Under the pieces are notes generated by a model. It was not told where the DNA came from. It made no database searches and saw only the letters and a list, made by a program, of their open reading frames with translations. A program made the translations under genes and the position numbers. From the NCBI RefSeq assembly GCF_014280175.1, contig NZ_CP047931.1, forward strand, positions 630,001 through 662,000: a stretch of DNA of 32,000 nucleotides. Reading direction: 5' to 3'. This document shows, one piece after another, positions 9,145-18,576 of the stretch. Numbering within the stretch: position 1 is the first letter of the stretch; every line of letters begins with the position of its first letter. This DNA is from Synechococcus sp. A15-28 (lineage in GTDB: Bacteria; Cyanobacteriota; Cyanobacteriia; PCC-6307; Cyanobiaceae).

Positions 9145-9321
9145 ATGGCCAAGGGCCGCCCATCACCTGAGCCCCTCGAGCAGTTGCGCCGTCAGCTCGA
9201 GCTCTGCTGGCAGGACGACTGTGACATCGACCATCTGATCCTGCGGGCCCGTCAGCTGCGTCGTTGGGGACGCTGGCGGCAGGCCCATGCTCTGGAGCAG
9301 GAAGTGTTGCCGATCGTCTGA
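9145..9321 (+). CDS. Small hypothetical protein (58 aa); not in the ORF track
   Basis: ATG at 9145: MAKGRPSPEPLEQLRRQLELCWQDDCDIDHLILRARQLRRWGRWRQAHALEQEVLPIV*. Confidence 0.5.
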   Translation: MAKGRPSPEPLEQLRRQLELCWQDDCDIDHLILRARQLRRWGRWRQAHALEQEVLPIV

Positions 9322-9323
9322 AG

Positions 9324-9824
9324 TCAGAGCGCTTCGGCGTGGTTCACCACCAGGCGTTCCACTTCCATCAGGGCTTCTTCCGCTGCCGTGTGAGCCGCAT
9401 CGAAGTTTCCTTGGGCTGACTCCAGCAATTGATGGGCCAGGCGATCCAGCAGCTCCTGTCGCTTCTCCGCGAGCATCGCCACGATCTCGTTCTCTACCAG
9501 GGTGCGCACCGCCTGGATGCGCAGATCATCTTCGCTGGCTTCAGCGAAGGTGCCTTGCACCAGTTCCTGGACGAACAGACGGTGCACCTCACTGCTGCGC
9601 AGGAAGCTCTCCGTGGCATTAATGATGCCGTCCACCAGCGTGCGATCCGGTTCTGATTCGCGCTCGTTGAGCTTGAACTCCCAGTCGAGATGGCGGCGCT
9701 GCCATCCCGCAGCATGCAGGCTCGGCATCACGCTCTGGGAAAAGCTGTCGACGGAGATCTCATAGATCCGCTCCGCCAGCCGCTCGCACCAGTCGCGTCC
9801 GTGCTCCTCAAGGGTGGACTGCAT
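9324..9824 (-). CDS. Conserved-looking hypothetical protein (start probably 9824 within the longer ORF 9324..10085)
   Basis: From 9824: MQSTLEEHGRDWCERLAERIYEISVDSFSQSVMPSLHAAGWQRRHLDWEFKLNERESEPDRTLVDGIINATESFLRS.... Upstream residues look like non-coding extension. Confidence 0.65.
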   Translation of the reverse strand: MQSTLEEHGRDWCERLAERIYEISVDSFSQSVMPSLHAAGWQRRHLDWEFKLNERESEPDRTLVDGIINATESFLRSSEVHRLFVQELVQGTFAEASEDDLRIQAVRTLVENEIVAMLAEKRQELLDRLAHQLLESAQGNFDAAHTAAEEALMEVERLVVNHAEAL

Positions 9825-9940
9825 GGTCCGACGTTCCACGGAATGACCGCCGTGGTGGCTGTGGCAGACGCCGTCGGGACACTCGATTGCGCTGAGACCC
9901 ATGGAGAACACAAGATTCATCTGTCCCATAGCCAGGGCCG

Positions 9941-11167
9941 TTGATTGGCCTCTGCATTCTTCAGAAAAGTTCCGGGTCACCAGAAGGCGACCTTCTAATC
10001 TCAGGCCGGTCGGTGGTTGTCCTCGTCTTGCCCAGACTTCTAATACCGGTGGAGTCGACACCGGGGGAAACCCGGGTCGCGGCAACGCCCGACACGGTGA
10101 AGAAATTCATGTCCTTCGGCTGCGATGTTTCCTTGGAGCGCGGAGCCGGTACGTCGTCCGGATATCTCGATCAGGCCTATGCCGATCAGGGTGCGCAGTT
10201 GATCGACCCCGGTGATGCTGCCGGGTGGTCCCAGGCCGACATCCTTCTCTGTGTTCAACCGCCCTCCGCGGCCAGCCTGGCTCGCCTGCGGCAGGGTGCC
10301 TTGGTGGTGGGTTTGCTCTCCCCTTATGCCAACGAGGAGCTGACAGCAACCCTGAAGCACGGCGCGCTCTCGGCCATGGCCCTGGAGCTGTTGCCCCGAA
10401 TCAGCCGAGCGCAGTCAGCGGATGCCCTCTCGTCTCAGGCCAACATCGCCGGTTACAAGTCGGTGCTCCTCGCCTCAGCGGCCCTCGACCGCTATTTCCC
10501 CATGTTGATGACCGCCGCAGGCACGGTGCAGCCGGCCAAGGTGGTGATTCTTGGTGCTGGTGTGGCGGGCCTTCAGGCGGTGGCCACAGCACGCCGTCTC
10601 GGCGCTGTGGTCTACGTCAGCGACATCAGGCCCGCGGTCAAGGAACAGGTCGAATCCCTCGGTGCTCGTTTCATCGTGCCCCCTGAAATGGAGGACAAGC
10701 CCGCGGAATCCGGCGGCTACGCCAAGCAGGCCTCCGATGCGTTCCTGGCGGCCCAACGGCAGCAGCTTTCTGATCAGCTGGCTGAAGCGGACGTGGCCAT
10801 CTGCACGGCTCAGGTGCCTGGACGCCGCGCACCGCGTCTGATCAGTGAGGACATGCTCGATCGCATGCGCCCCGGAGCCGTGGTGGTGGACCTGGCGGTG
10901 GCCCAGGGCGGCAACTGCGCCGACACCGTTCCCGGTGAGACCGTGGACCGTAAGGGTGTGAAGCTGATCGGAGGCAACGATCTCCCCTGCAGCGTGCCCA
11001 ACCACGCCAGTGCGCTCTATGCGCGCAATCTGGTGGCTCTGCTGGAGCCCACCCTTAAGGACGGTGATCTCAAGCTCGACCTCGAGGATGAGTTGATCGC
11101 CGGTTGTCTTGTGGCCCATGACGGCAGCATCCGTCGCGGCGATGTTCTTACCCCTGGAGCGAGCTGA
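9941..11167 (+). CDS. pntA: NAD(P) transhydrogenase alpha subunit, part 1 (probable start downstream of 9941, near the ...LPRLLIPVESTPGETRVAATPD segment)
   Basis: LIPVESTPGETRVAATPDTVKKFMSFGCDVSLERGAG, KVVILGAGVAGLQAVATARRLGAVVYVSDIRPAVKEQVESLGARF. Confidence 0.93.
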   Translation: MIGLCILQKSSGSPEGDLLISGRSVVVLVLPRLLIPVESTPGETRVAATPDTVKKFMSFGCDVSLERGAGTSSGYLDQAYADQGAQLIDPGDAAGWSQADILLCVQPPSAASLARLRQGALVVGLLSPYANEELTATLKHGALSAMALELLPRISRAQSADALSSQANIAGYKSVLLASAALDRYFPMLMTAAGTVQPAKVVILGAGVAGLQAVATARRLGAVVYVSDIRPAVKEQVESLGARFIVPPEMEDKPAESGGYAKQASDAFLAAQRQQLSDQLAEADVAICTAQVPGRRAPRLISEDMLDRMRPGAVVVDLAVAQGGNCADTVPGETVDRKGVKLIGGNDLPCSVPNHASALYARNLVALLEPTLKDGDLKLDLEDELIAGCLVAHDGSIRRGDVLTPGAS

Positions 11168-11463
11168 TGTTGGTTGAATTCCTCTGGGTGCTGCTTCTCG
11201 GCAGCCTTCTCGGCCTTGAGCTCATCGGCAAGGTGCCTCCCACCCTGCACACGCCGCTGATGAGCGGCGCCAATGCCATCTCCGGAATCACGGTTCTAGC
11301 CGCGCTCACCCTGATGATCAAGGCCGGTGACAACACGGTGTTGCTGGTGCTGGGTGCCGTGTCTCTCGGTTTCGCTCTGTTCAATGTGATCGGTGGCTTC
11401 CTGGTCACCGACAGGATGCTGGCCATGTTCAGCCGTAAGCCCGCCCGCAAGGAGAACCGCTGA
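11167..11463 (+). CDS. pntA-2: NAD(P) transhydrogenase alpha subunit part 2 (membrane domain)
   Basis: 98 aa, FLWVLLLGSLLGLELIGKVPPTLHTPLMSGANAISGITVLAAL and NVIGGFLVTDRMLAMF. One-base overlaps with its neighbours. Confidence 0.93.
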   Translation: MLVEFLWVLLLGSLLGLELIGKVPPTLHTPLMSGANAISGITVLAALTLMIKAGDNTVLLVLGAVSLGFALFNVIGGFLVTDRMLAMFSRKPARKENR

Positions 11464-12887
11464 TGTCCGTTTCGCTGATCCTCAAATACGCGATCGAACT
11501 GGTTGCGGTTCTGCTGCTGGCCCTGGGCATCAAGGGCCTCTCCAAGGTGCGCTCGGCCCGCGGTGCCAATCAGCTGGCCGCCGTGGCCATGGCCCTGGCG
11601 GTGCTCGGGTTGCTGATTAATTACGCCGGTGATGGTGGAATTGCCGCCAGCGCCTGGATCTGGATCATCGCCGGCACCCTGGCTGGTGGAATCCTCGGTG
11701 CCATCACGGCGCAACGGGTCCCGATGACCTCCATGCCGGAGACCGTCGCCCTGTTCAACGGCTGCGGCGGGATGTCCTCTTTGCTGGTGGCCCTCGGCGT
11801 TGCGCTGTTCCCAGAAGCCGGTGGTTCAGATCTGGTGGCGGTCGTGTCGATCGTCGTGTCTGTGTTCGTTGGTGCGATCACCTTCACGGGTTCGATCGTG
11901 GCCATGGCCAAGCTTCAGGGCTGGCTTTCCACACCGGCCTGGATGCAGAGCCGCCTGCGCCATGCGGTGAACATTGCCCTGGCGGTGCTCTCCCTGGTGG
12001 CAGCGGTCAAGTTGATTGCCTCCGGCGAGGGGGGCCAGGGTCTGTGGTTGCTGGTGATTGGCTCAGGTCTGCTCGGCGTCGGCGTGACGCTGCCCATCGG
12101 TGGTGCCGATATGCCGGTGGTGATCTCTCTGCTGAACAGTTATTCCGGTGTCGCGGCGGCCGCGGCTGGCTTCGTTGTCGGGAGTCAGCTGTTGATCGTG
12201 GCCGGGGCCATGGTCGGGGCCGCCGGTTTGATCCTCACCCAGGTGATGTGCGATGGCATGAATCGCTCGCTGGTGTCGGTGCTGTTCGGTGGGGCTCTGG
12301 GGGCTTCATCCGGTGGCGGCGGTGGTGGCGGGGAATACACCAACATCACCAGCTGCAGTGCCGAGGAATGTGCACTCACCCTCGAGGCCGCTGAGCGGGT
12401 GATCATTGTTCCCGGCTATGGCCTGGCGGTGGCCCAGGCCCAGCACACCCTGCGCGAGGTGACCCGCGTGCTGGAAAGCGCCGGCGTCGATGTGGCCTAC
12501 GCCATTCACCCTGTGGCTGGCCGGATGCCCGGCCACATGAACGTGCTGCTGGCCGAGGCCGATGTGCCCTATGAGCAGCTCAAGGAAATGGATCAGATCA
12601 ACCCTGAGTTTCCCGCCACCGATGTGGTGCTGGTTCTTGGGGCCAACGACGTGGTTAATCCCCAGGCCAAGAACGATTCCAGTTCCCCGCTCTACGGCAT
12701 GCCTGTTCTCGATGTTCAGGAAGCCCGCACGGTGTTTGTCGTGAAGCGCGGCATGAGTGCTGGCTACTCGGGCATCAAGAACGATCTGTTTGAACTGGCG
12801 AACACCTCGATGGTGTTCGGTGATGCCAAGAAGGTGCTTGGCGATCTGCTCACGGAACTCAAGGATCTCGGACTGGGCAAGAAGTGA
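11463..12887 (+). CDS. pntB: NAD(P) transhydrogenase beta subunit
   Basis: 474 aa, ending in VIIVPGYGLAVAQAQHTLREV, IHPVAGRMPGHMNVLLAEA, VLVLGANDVVNP and FVVKRGMSAGYSGIKNDLF. Confidence 0.95.
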   Translation: MSVSLILKYAIELVAVLLLALGIKGLSKVRSARGANQLAAVAMALAVLGLLINYAGDGGIAASAWIWIIAGTLAGGILGAITAQRVPMTSMPETVALFNGCGGMSSLLVALGVALFPEAGGSDLVAVVSIVVSVFVGAITFTGSIVAMAKLQGWLSTPAWMQSRLRHAVNIALAVLSLVAAVKLIASGEGGQGLWLLVIGSGLLGVGVTLPIGGADMPVVISLLNSYSGVAAAAAGFVVGSQLLIVAGAMVGAAGLILTQVMCDGMNRSLVSVLFGGALGASSGGGGGGGEYTNITSCSAEECALTLEAAERVIIVPGYGLAVAQAQHTLREVTRVLESAGVDVAYAIHPVAGRMPGHMNVLLAEADVPYEQLKEMDQINPEFPATDVVLVLGANDVVNPQAKNDSSSPLYGMPVLDVQEARTVFVVKRGMSAGYSGIKNDLFELANTSMVFGDAKKVLGDLLTELKDLGLGKK

Positions 12888-14014
12888 TTGTGCCTGGATC
12901 GAACGACCCCCGGTTGCTGCAGCAGCTGGGGGTTGAATCGTTTCAGCAGCGCCTTCCCTGGATCGGTGGAGATCTGCAGACCCTGAGGGACACCCTCAGA
13001 CCCGTGGAGCTGCCCACCGATCGGGGGGATCCCGTTCAGATTTCAGTGCCGGCCCTGGCCAGTGGGGCTGCCGAACCTGGCGAACTGCTGGCCTATCTGG
13101 ATCGTCCTCTTGGCGATGGTGATGCTGACTCACCACCAGCGCCGAAGGCCTTGGTGGTGGTCTTGCATGGGTTAGGGGGCTCCAGCCGCCGAGAGGGACT
13201 GCGCCGCCTGACCCTCAGCCTGCAAGGGGCCGGGTTTGCTGTATTGCGGCTGAATCTGCGTGGTGCCGACCCTGGCCGCCATTTGGCTGGCGGCACCTAC
13301 GCAGCCGCTTGCAACAGTGATCTGCTGCCGGTGCTGGAGCGGGCTCGGCATCTGGCTGCGGCATTGGCGCGGGAGGCCGGCCGCGCAAAGCCATTGCCGC
13401 TTTGGGGCGCGGGAATCTCCCTGGGGGGAACGATGCTGCTGAATGCCTGTCTTGATCAGAGAGGCGCCCTGGATGCCTTGTTTTGTGCCAGCAGCCCGCT
13501 GGACCTGGCCGCCTGCAGCGCGTCGATTGAACGGCCGCGCAACCGCATCTATCAACGTTGGCTGTTGCAGCGATTGGTGCGCCAGACCCTCGCCGATCCC
13601 TTCGGTGTGACGGCTCTTGAGGAGCAGCAGCTTCGGGACGATCCGCCAGGGTCGATTCGCGCTTTTGATGCTGCTGTCACCGCGCCGCGTTGGGGCTTTG
13701 CCTCAGTGGAGGATTACTACGTTGGTGCATCTCCTCTGCCACGGTTGATCACGTCATTGAAGCTCCTGCCACCCACGTTGTTGCTGCAGGCTCTTGATGA
13801 TCCCTGGGTCCCTGCCGACTCAGCGATCCAATTGCAGGCCTCATTGGCTGAACGTCAACTGTCAGGGCCAGAGCAGACGCTTCAGATTCAGTTGACAGCC
13901 CGAGGTGGGCACAACGGATTTCATTCACCCGGTGACAATCTCATCCACGGCTGCTGGTCGGATCGCTTGGCGTGCGCCTGGTTCAACGGCAGACTTTCGT
14001 GGAACAAGACTTGA
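12884..14014 (+). CDS. YheT-type alpha/beta hydrolase
   Basis: 376 aa. VVLHGLGGSSRREGLRRLTLSLQGAGFAVLRLNLRGADPGRHLAGGTY, GAGISLGGTMLLNA, ARGGHNGF. GTG start overlaps the pntB stop (GTGA). Confidence 0.85.
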   Translation: MIVPGSNDPRLLQQLGVESFQQRLPWIGGDLQTLRDTLRPVELPTDRGDPVQISVPALASGAAEPGELLAYLDRPLGDGDADSPPAPKALVVVLHGLGGSSRREGLRRLTLSLQGAGFAVLRLNLRGADPGRHLAGGTYAAACNSDLLPVLERARHLAAALAREAGRAKPLPLWGAGISLGGTMLLNACLDQRGALDALFCASSPLDLAACSASIERPRNRIYQRWLLQRLVRQTLADPFGVTALEEQQLRDDPPGSIRAFDAAVTAPRWGFASVEDYYVGASPLPRLITSLKLLPPTLLLQALDDPWVPADSAIQLQASLAERQLSGPEQTLQIQLTARGGHNGFHSPGDNLIHGCWSDRLACAWFNGRLSWNKT

Positions 14015-14039
14015 ATCAAGTTATTGAATTCAATCATTC

Positions 14040-15233
14040 TCAGTAATAGAAAGCCCGATCCGATGGGTTTTGATAAACAGCACCACCACAAGCTGTAGCA
14101 ACGCGCCACAGAGCTTTGTGAATCGGGGTTGAGTCGTAGCGAACCAGGTGGGGGAAGCGCTGTCTCAAGAGGGCTGTTCCTTTCCAGGCGTTGTAGTGGG
14201 GGATCGCAGAATTCACGTGGTGGCAAACGTGGGTTGAGCCGATGCCGTGATGCAGAAAATTCACAACAGGACCGTAGGGTCGATCCACTGTCTGAAGTGC
14301 ACCTTTTGCCCAGGTCCAAGTTTCATTTGAGAAATGGGGAATATTGCGGTCTGTATGTTGCAACCAGGTGTAAGTCGTGAGCCAGACATTGATCACGAGG
14401 TAGGGGAGCCCGTAGAGACAGGCGATCCTTGCAAGGGAAAAGTGGATCGATGCCCATACGAGAAGGCAGATCGTCGCGACCAAACCAAGGTTCGAACGCA
14501 CCATGAATTTGCGGAACGAATCAGGAAACAAGTCGCGTTTGCCGTTTTTAAAGGGTGCACCATTCCAGAAGTGAGAGGTGGGGAAGCCATGATCCTCGCC
14601 ACCCGTTGCGCCGAGGAATAAATACAGCTGCCAGCCAATGATCAGGTGATTGAACAGGGAAACCAGGCCAAACACACGCGTGTCAAGTTTGCGTTTCAGT
14701 CCTTCTGTCGCTTGTCCTTGGGGAGAGCTTTCTCTGGGAGGGACGTGGGTTTCTCCACCTTCAAGATGGTTGCAATGGGCGTGGTGAACAGCGTGACTGC
14801 GAACCCAGCTGTAGTACGGAACCAGTAGTGCACTGTGCAGAACAAAACCCACGACGCCTTCGATCCGTCTGTTGGGATGGAAAGCGTTATGGCCACACTC
14901 GTGGGCCAGGACCCAGCAACCCATGGCAATGGTGCCTGTAACGGCGCCGTAGAGAATCCAGAGCGGGAGGGCCGAGAGGGTGAGAGGGATGGTTGTGCCA
15001 ATGCCAACCGCTGCAATGGAGAGACCAACCGACATCACCAGGCTGCCCCAGGCTTTGACGGGATTGAATTGAGTCAGCTCGGCCGGAAGAGCGCTCAAAA
15101 GCTCGGCTTTGCTCGGATAGATCGTTGCTTTATCAATCAACGTGTCAGCGGTTTGTTGTCGCGCTCTTATGGGATTTGTAAGTGTCAAATGAAGAATAGC
15201 GCTAGGGCGACGCCGACTGATTTTAGATTTCAT
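14040..15233 (-). CDS. Membrane fatty acid desaturase (FAD2-like, probable delta-12 or related acyl-lipid desaturase)
   Basis: Histidine boxes HECGHNAFH, HAVHHAHCNHLEGGETH and HVCHHVNSAIPHY with interspersed hydrophobic segments. Confidence 0.85.
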   Translation of the reverse strand: MKSKISRRRPSAILHLTLTNPIRARQQTADTLIDKATIYPSKAELLSALPAELTQFNPVKAWGSLVMSVGLSIAAVGIGTTIPLTLSALPLWILYGAVTGTIAMGCWVLAHECGHNAFHPNRRIEGVVGFVLHSALLVPYYSWVRSHAVHHAHCNHLEGGETHVPPRESSPQGQATEGLKRKLDTRVFGLVSLFNHLIIGWQLYLFLGATGGEDHGFPTSHFWNGAPFKNGKRDLFPDSFRKFMVRSNLGLVATICLLVWASIHFSLARIACLYGLPYLVINVWLTTYTWLQHTDRNIPHFSNETWTWAKGALQTVDRPYGPVVNFLHHGIGSTHVCHHVNSAIPHYNAWKGTALLRQRFPHLVRYDSTPIHKALWRVATACGGAVYQNPSDRAFYY

Positions 15234-15246
15234 TAAGACTCTAGAC

Positions 15247-15285
15247 GATGGGTTTCGCGGCTGTGGCTAGCAGGGGAAGCCCATC
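15247..15285. promoter_or_regulatory. Inverted repeat / potential hairpin between the 2Fe-2S protein gene and the desaturase gene
   Basis: gatgggtttc (15247-15256) pairs with gaagcccatc (15276-15285): 10-bp stem with one G-T mismatch, 19-nt loop. Confidence 0.45.
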
Positions 15286-15321
15286 ATTGAGTTGACTGAA
15301 CTGAGCCAGGTGCAGGGACGT

Positions 15322-15666
15322 TTAGTTGGCTTGGAAAGGAGTTGTTTTATAAATCCACTCCTGCACCGGTTTCTGTTGGATGATGTGTTGATCAATGATG
15401 CATTCGATCTTGTCGATCGTGACATCGGCATACCAGATACCGTCTGGCCAAACCAAAAGAATCGGTCCCTTTTCGCAGACCCTCAGGCAGTCAACTTTGC
15501 TTCTTAGAACAAGTCCTTCCGGTCGGTCTTGCTTCTCAAGACCAAGCTCCCTGATCAGCCTTTTAAGTTCATTCCACGTTGCTAAACCCTCGTTCGGATC
15601 GCAGCACTTTGCTTTGGTTGGTGTGGCGCAAAGCAGCAGGTGATGGCTGACCCGATTCGCGTTCAT
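15322..15666 (-). CDS. Thioredoxin-like (2Fe-2S) ferredoxin domain protein
   Basis: From ATG at 15666: [44 protein letters not shown]...[27 protein letters not shown]. Four-Cys pattern typical of thioredoxin-like 2Fe-2S proteins. Confidence 0.75.
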   Translation of the reverse strand: MNANRVSHHLLLCATPTKAKCCDPNEGLATWNELKRLIRELGLEKQDRPEGLVLRSKVDCLRVCEKGPILLVWPDGIWYADVTIDKIECIIDQHIIQQKPVQEWIYKTTPFQAN

Positions 15667-16907
15667 GCCGCCAGGGCGACCGAAGGAAGTCGAGTCGTGC
15701 CGCGCTTGACCTGTTCCCTTACAGCCAGACGCGCCCACTGATCAACGGCCAGCACGTCATCAAGCTGGGGATGGCTGATCAGATCCGATTTATGGTGTTC
15801 GCAGGCGGCCTCGATCACCTCAGGGATGTCGAGGAAGTGGATTTTTTCCTCAAGGAATTGGGCGACCGCTTCTTCGTTAGCAGCATTCATCACTGCAGGC
15901 ATCGTGCCGCCGGCGCGCCCCGCCGCGTAGGCCAGTTGCATGCAGGGGTATTTGGCGGGATCGGGAGCCCGGAACGTGAGTTGCCCCACTTCCGTGAGAT
16001 CCAGCCGACGCCACGGGGTCTCCAATCTGGATGGCCAACTCAGGCAATACAAGATTGGCAACTTCATGTCGGGCCACCCGAGTTGGGCCAGGACGGAGGA
16101 ATCCGCCAGTTCGATCATCGAGTGGATGATGCTCTGGGGGTGGATCACGATTTCGATGTGGTCGTAATCCAAGCCGAACAGATAGTGGGCTTCGATCACT
16201 TCAAGCCCTTTGTTCATCAGCGAGGCTGAATCCACCGTGATCTTGCGTCCCATGCTCCAGTTGGGATGGCTGGTGGCATCGGCCACGGTGGCGTTCTCAA
16301 GATCTTCCGCCTTCCAGTCGCGGAAGGCTCCACCGGAGGCCGTGAGCTGAATCCGCCGCAAGCCAGGGGTGGGGACACCGGTGGAGAGCCGGGCGTTCTC
16401 GGCCCAGGGGGTTCCCTGCAGGCACTGGAAGATGGCCGAGTGTTCCGAGTCCGCCGGCAGCAGCCTGCTGCCGCTCTTCTTGAGTTCCGGCAGCACAACA
16501 GGACCAGCTGCGATCAACGTCTCCTTGTTGGCCAGGGCCAGATCCTTGCCAGCCCGGATGGCGGCCAGGGTTGGCAGCAGGCCGGCGCAGCCGACAATGC
16601 CGGTGACCACCAGATCAGCGCTGTCCCAAGACGCTGCGATGTTCAGGCCATCGGGACCGCCCACAAGCTGAGGGCACTTTCGATCGCTGCCGAGAGCATC
16701 GAGCCGCTGCTGCAGCTCCGGCAGAAGATCAGCATTGGCAAGGGCCACCAGCTCGGGCTGGTGACGTTGGATCTGCTGCACCAGCAGGTCCAGGTTCCGC
16801 CCTGCCGTAAGCGCCACGACGCGGAACTGTTCGGGGAATTCCTCGGCGATCTGAAGGGTCTGGGTACCGATCGAGCCCGTGGAGCCCAGCACGCTGATGG
16901 CTTTCAC
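15663..16907 (-). CDS. dxr: 1-deoxy-D-xylulose 5-phosphate reductoisomerase
   Basis: Probable GTG start at 16907: [36 protein letters not shown]..., [66 protein letters not shown]. The ORF track extends to 17060. Confidence 0.96.
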   Translation of the reverse strand: MKAISVLGSTGSIGTQTLQIAEEFPEQFRVVALTAGRNLDLLVQQIQRHQPELVALANADLLPELQQRLDALGSDRKCPQLVGGPDGLNIAASWDSADLVVTGIVGCAGLLPTLAAIRAGKDLALANKETLIAAGPVVLPELKKSGSRLLPADSEHSAIFQCLQGTPWAENARLSTGVPTPGLRRIQLTASGGAFRDWKAEDLENATVADATSHPNWSMGRKITVDSASLMNKGLEVIEAHYLFGLDYDHIEIVIHPQSIIHSMIELADSSVLAQLGWPDMKLPILYCLSWPSRLETPWRRLDLTEVGQLTFRAPDPAKYPCMQLAYAAGRAGGTMPAVMNAANEEAVAQFLEEKIHFLDIPEVIEAACEHHKSDLISHPQLDDVLAVDQWARLAVREQVKRGTTRLPSVALAA

Positions 16908-16986
16908 GCTGATGCGGCAGTTGGACCAAGTCTCCCACCAAGGGCGGCGAACGCTGGCAAGCTGGCCCACAGCATGTACCAAGCCT

Positions 16987-18306
16987 GTGGCAAAGGAGCA
17001 GTGGCGGTCTGGGCTTGGCTTTGTATTAGCCGCAGCCGGCAGCGCCGTCGGCCTCGGCAACCTCTGGGGATTTGCCTATCGCGCCTCCCAGGGTGGCGGA
17101 GGTGCCTTTCTGTTTCTCTACCTGCTGATTGTGCTCGTGGTCTGTCTGCCCGTGCTGGTGGCGGAGATGGTGCTGGGTCGCAGTACAGGCAGCAGCCCAT
17201 TGCTCGCTCCCGTGAACGCCGGAGGCAGGCTGTGGCGACCGATGGGTTGGCTGTTCGTGCTGGCCGCCAGTGGCATCCTGGCGTTCTATGCGGTCCTGAT
17301 GGGCTGGACCGGTGCCACCCTGGTCCAGACCCTGAGTCAGGGCCTGCCGAGCGATATCGATGCCGCCGAAGCCTTTTTTGCGGGCCTCAGCGGTGGGCGT
17401 TCTGCGCTGATCGGTCAGTTGCTCAGCTTGGCGGTCACCGGCGCGGTGGTGGCCGCTGGCATACGGGGAGGGATCGAGCGCTTGTCCCGCTGGGGCTTGC
17501 CGCTGTTGTTCGTTCTGCTGATCGGTCTTGCGATCTGGGCTTCTGGCCTCGACGGTGCTGCGGAGGGCTACCGCACCTTCCTGTTGCGCTGGGACAGTGC
17601 CGAGCTGACCAACCCCACCACGATCCGTAACGCCTTCACCCAGGCCTTTTTCTCCATCGGCACGGGCATTGGCTGCATCCTTGCTTATTCCGCCTATCTG
17701 GATCGAGAGGCACGCTTGCCCCGAGAGGCGGCGGCGGTGGTCGGTATGGACACAGCCGTGGGCATCGTTGCCGGCATGGTCACCTTTCCGGTGGTGATGA
17801 GCTTTGGGCTGCAGGAGGTGATCAGTGGATCCACCCTGGGGACCATCTTCATCGCCCTGCCGACAGGGCTCGCTTCCCTCGGTGCCGGCGGGCAGGTGGT
17901 GGCGGTGCTGTTCTTTGCCCTGGCCCTGATCGCAGCTCTCACATCGGCGGTGTCCCTGTTGGAGGTGCCTGTGGCCTGTCTGATGGAGCAGCTGTCGTGG
18001 AGCCGGACGCGGGCTGTCTGGGTGTCCACAGCGCTGATCTTCGTGGCTGGCCTCCCCGCCGCGACATCCATGGCCGTGCTGGGTTGGATGGACTCCGTCT
18101 TCGGTGGCTTGCTGCTGATCCTGGGCGGCCTGCTGCTGGCGCTGCTGCTGGGTTGGGTTGTCCCTGGTCGGTTTCGGAAGGATCTGAGTGAGTCCTCAAC
18201 ACCGCTGCTGCAGCAAAGACTTCTGCTGGTGATGCTGCGCTGGGTGTCTCCCCCAGTGGTTGCCACCGGTCTGGTGATCAGTGTGGTGGATCTGTTGAAG
18301 GGCTGA
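16987..18306 (+). CDS. Sodium-dependent transporter, SNF (neurotransmitter:sodium symporter) family
   Basis: Probable GTG start at 16987: [49 protein letters not shown]..., LeuT-like core with multiple TM helices. Confidence 0.92.
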   Translation: MAKEQWRSGLGFVLAAAGSAVGLGNLWGFAYRASQGGGGAFLFLYLLIVLVVCLPVLVAEMVLGRSTGSSPLLAPVNAGGRLWRPMGWLFVLAASGILAFYAVLMGWTGATLVQTLSQGLPSDIDAAEAFFAGLSGGRSALIGQLLSLAVTGAVVAAGIRGGIERLSRWGLPLLFVLLIGLAIWASGLDGAAEGYRTFLLRWDSAELTNPTTIRNAFTQAFFSIGTGIGCILAYSAYLDREARLPREAAAVVGMDTAVGIVAGMVTFPVVMSFGLQEVISGSTLGTIFIALPTGLASLGAGGQVVAVLFFALALIAALTSAVSLLEVPVACLMEQLSWSRTRAVWVSTALIFVAGLPAATSMAVLGWMDSVFGGLLLILGGLLLALLLGWVVPGRFRKDLSESSTPLLQQRLLLVMLRWVSPPVVATGLVISVVDLLKG

Positions 18307-18311
18307 TTCCT

Positions 18312-18542
18312 TCAGGCCTTCGGGTCGGGCTTGTCTTTCATCAGCTCCTGCATCTTGCGGATCCGAGCCAGCATCTTGGTCCACACCTCAAGCCGCCAGA
18401 CCTCCTCCGCATCGCCACCACCGGCGATCTGGGCCTGGGCTGACAGCTTGGCGTCGAGATCCTCCCCGGCTTCGAACGCCTTCATCATCTCCATCTCCAG
18501 CTTGGCGGTCTCCATGAAATTGAGGCGCTTCAGCCAGAGCAT
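18312..18542 (-). CDS. Small hypothetical protein
   Basis: From ATG at 18542: MLWLKRLNFMETAKLEMEMMKAFEAGEDLDAKLSAQAQIAGGGDAEEVWRLEVWTKMLARIRKMQELMKDKPDPKA*. The tracked ORF extends to 18605. Confidence 0.55.
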   Translation of the reverse strand: MLWLKRLNFMETAKLEMEMMKAFEAGEDLDAKLSAQAQIAGGGDAEEVWRLEVWTKMLARIRKMQELMKDKPDPKA

Positions 18543-18576
18543 GGGGAACGTGGATGGGACCGTCAGTCTGCCCTTC

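Noticed and set aside
14835-15236. 133-aa plus-strand ORF
   Set aside because: Antisense to the desaturase N-terminal region and compositionally biased.
16266-17630. 454-aa plus-strand ORF spanning dxr antisense and the SNF transporter start
   Set aside because: Shadow ORF in GC-rich DNA. It is antisense to well-supported dxr and then out of frame with the transporter, with low-complexity Arg/Gly/Pro-rich translation.
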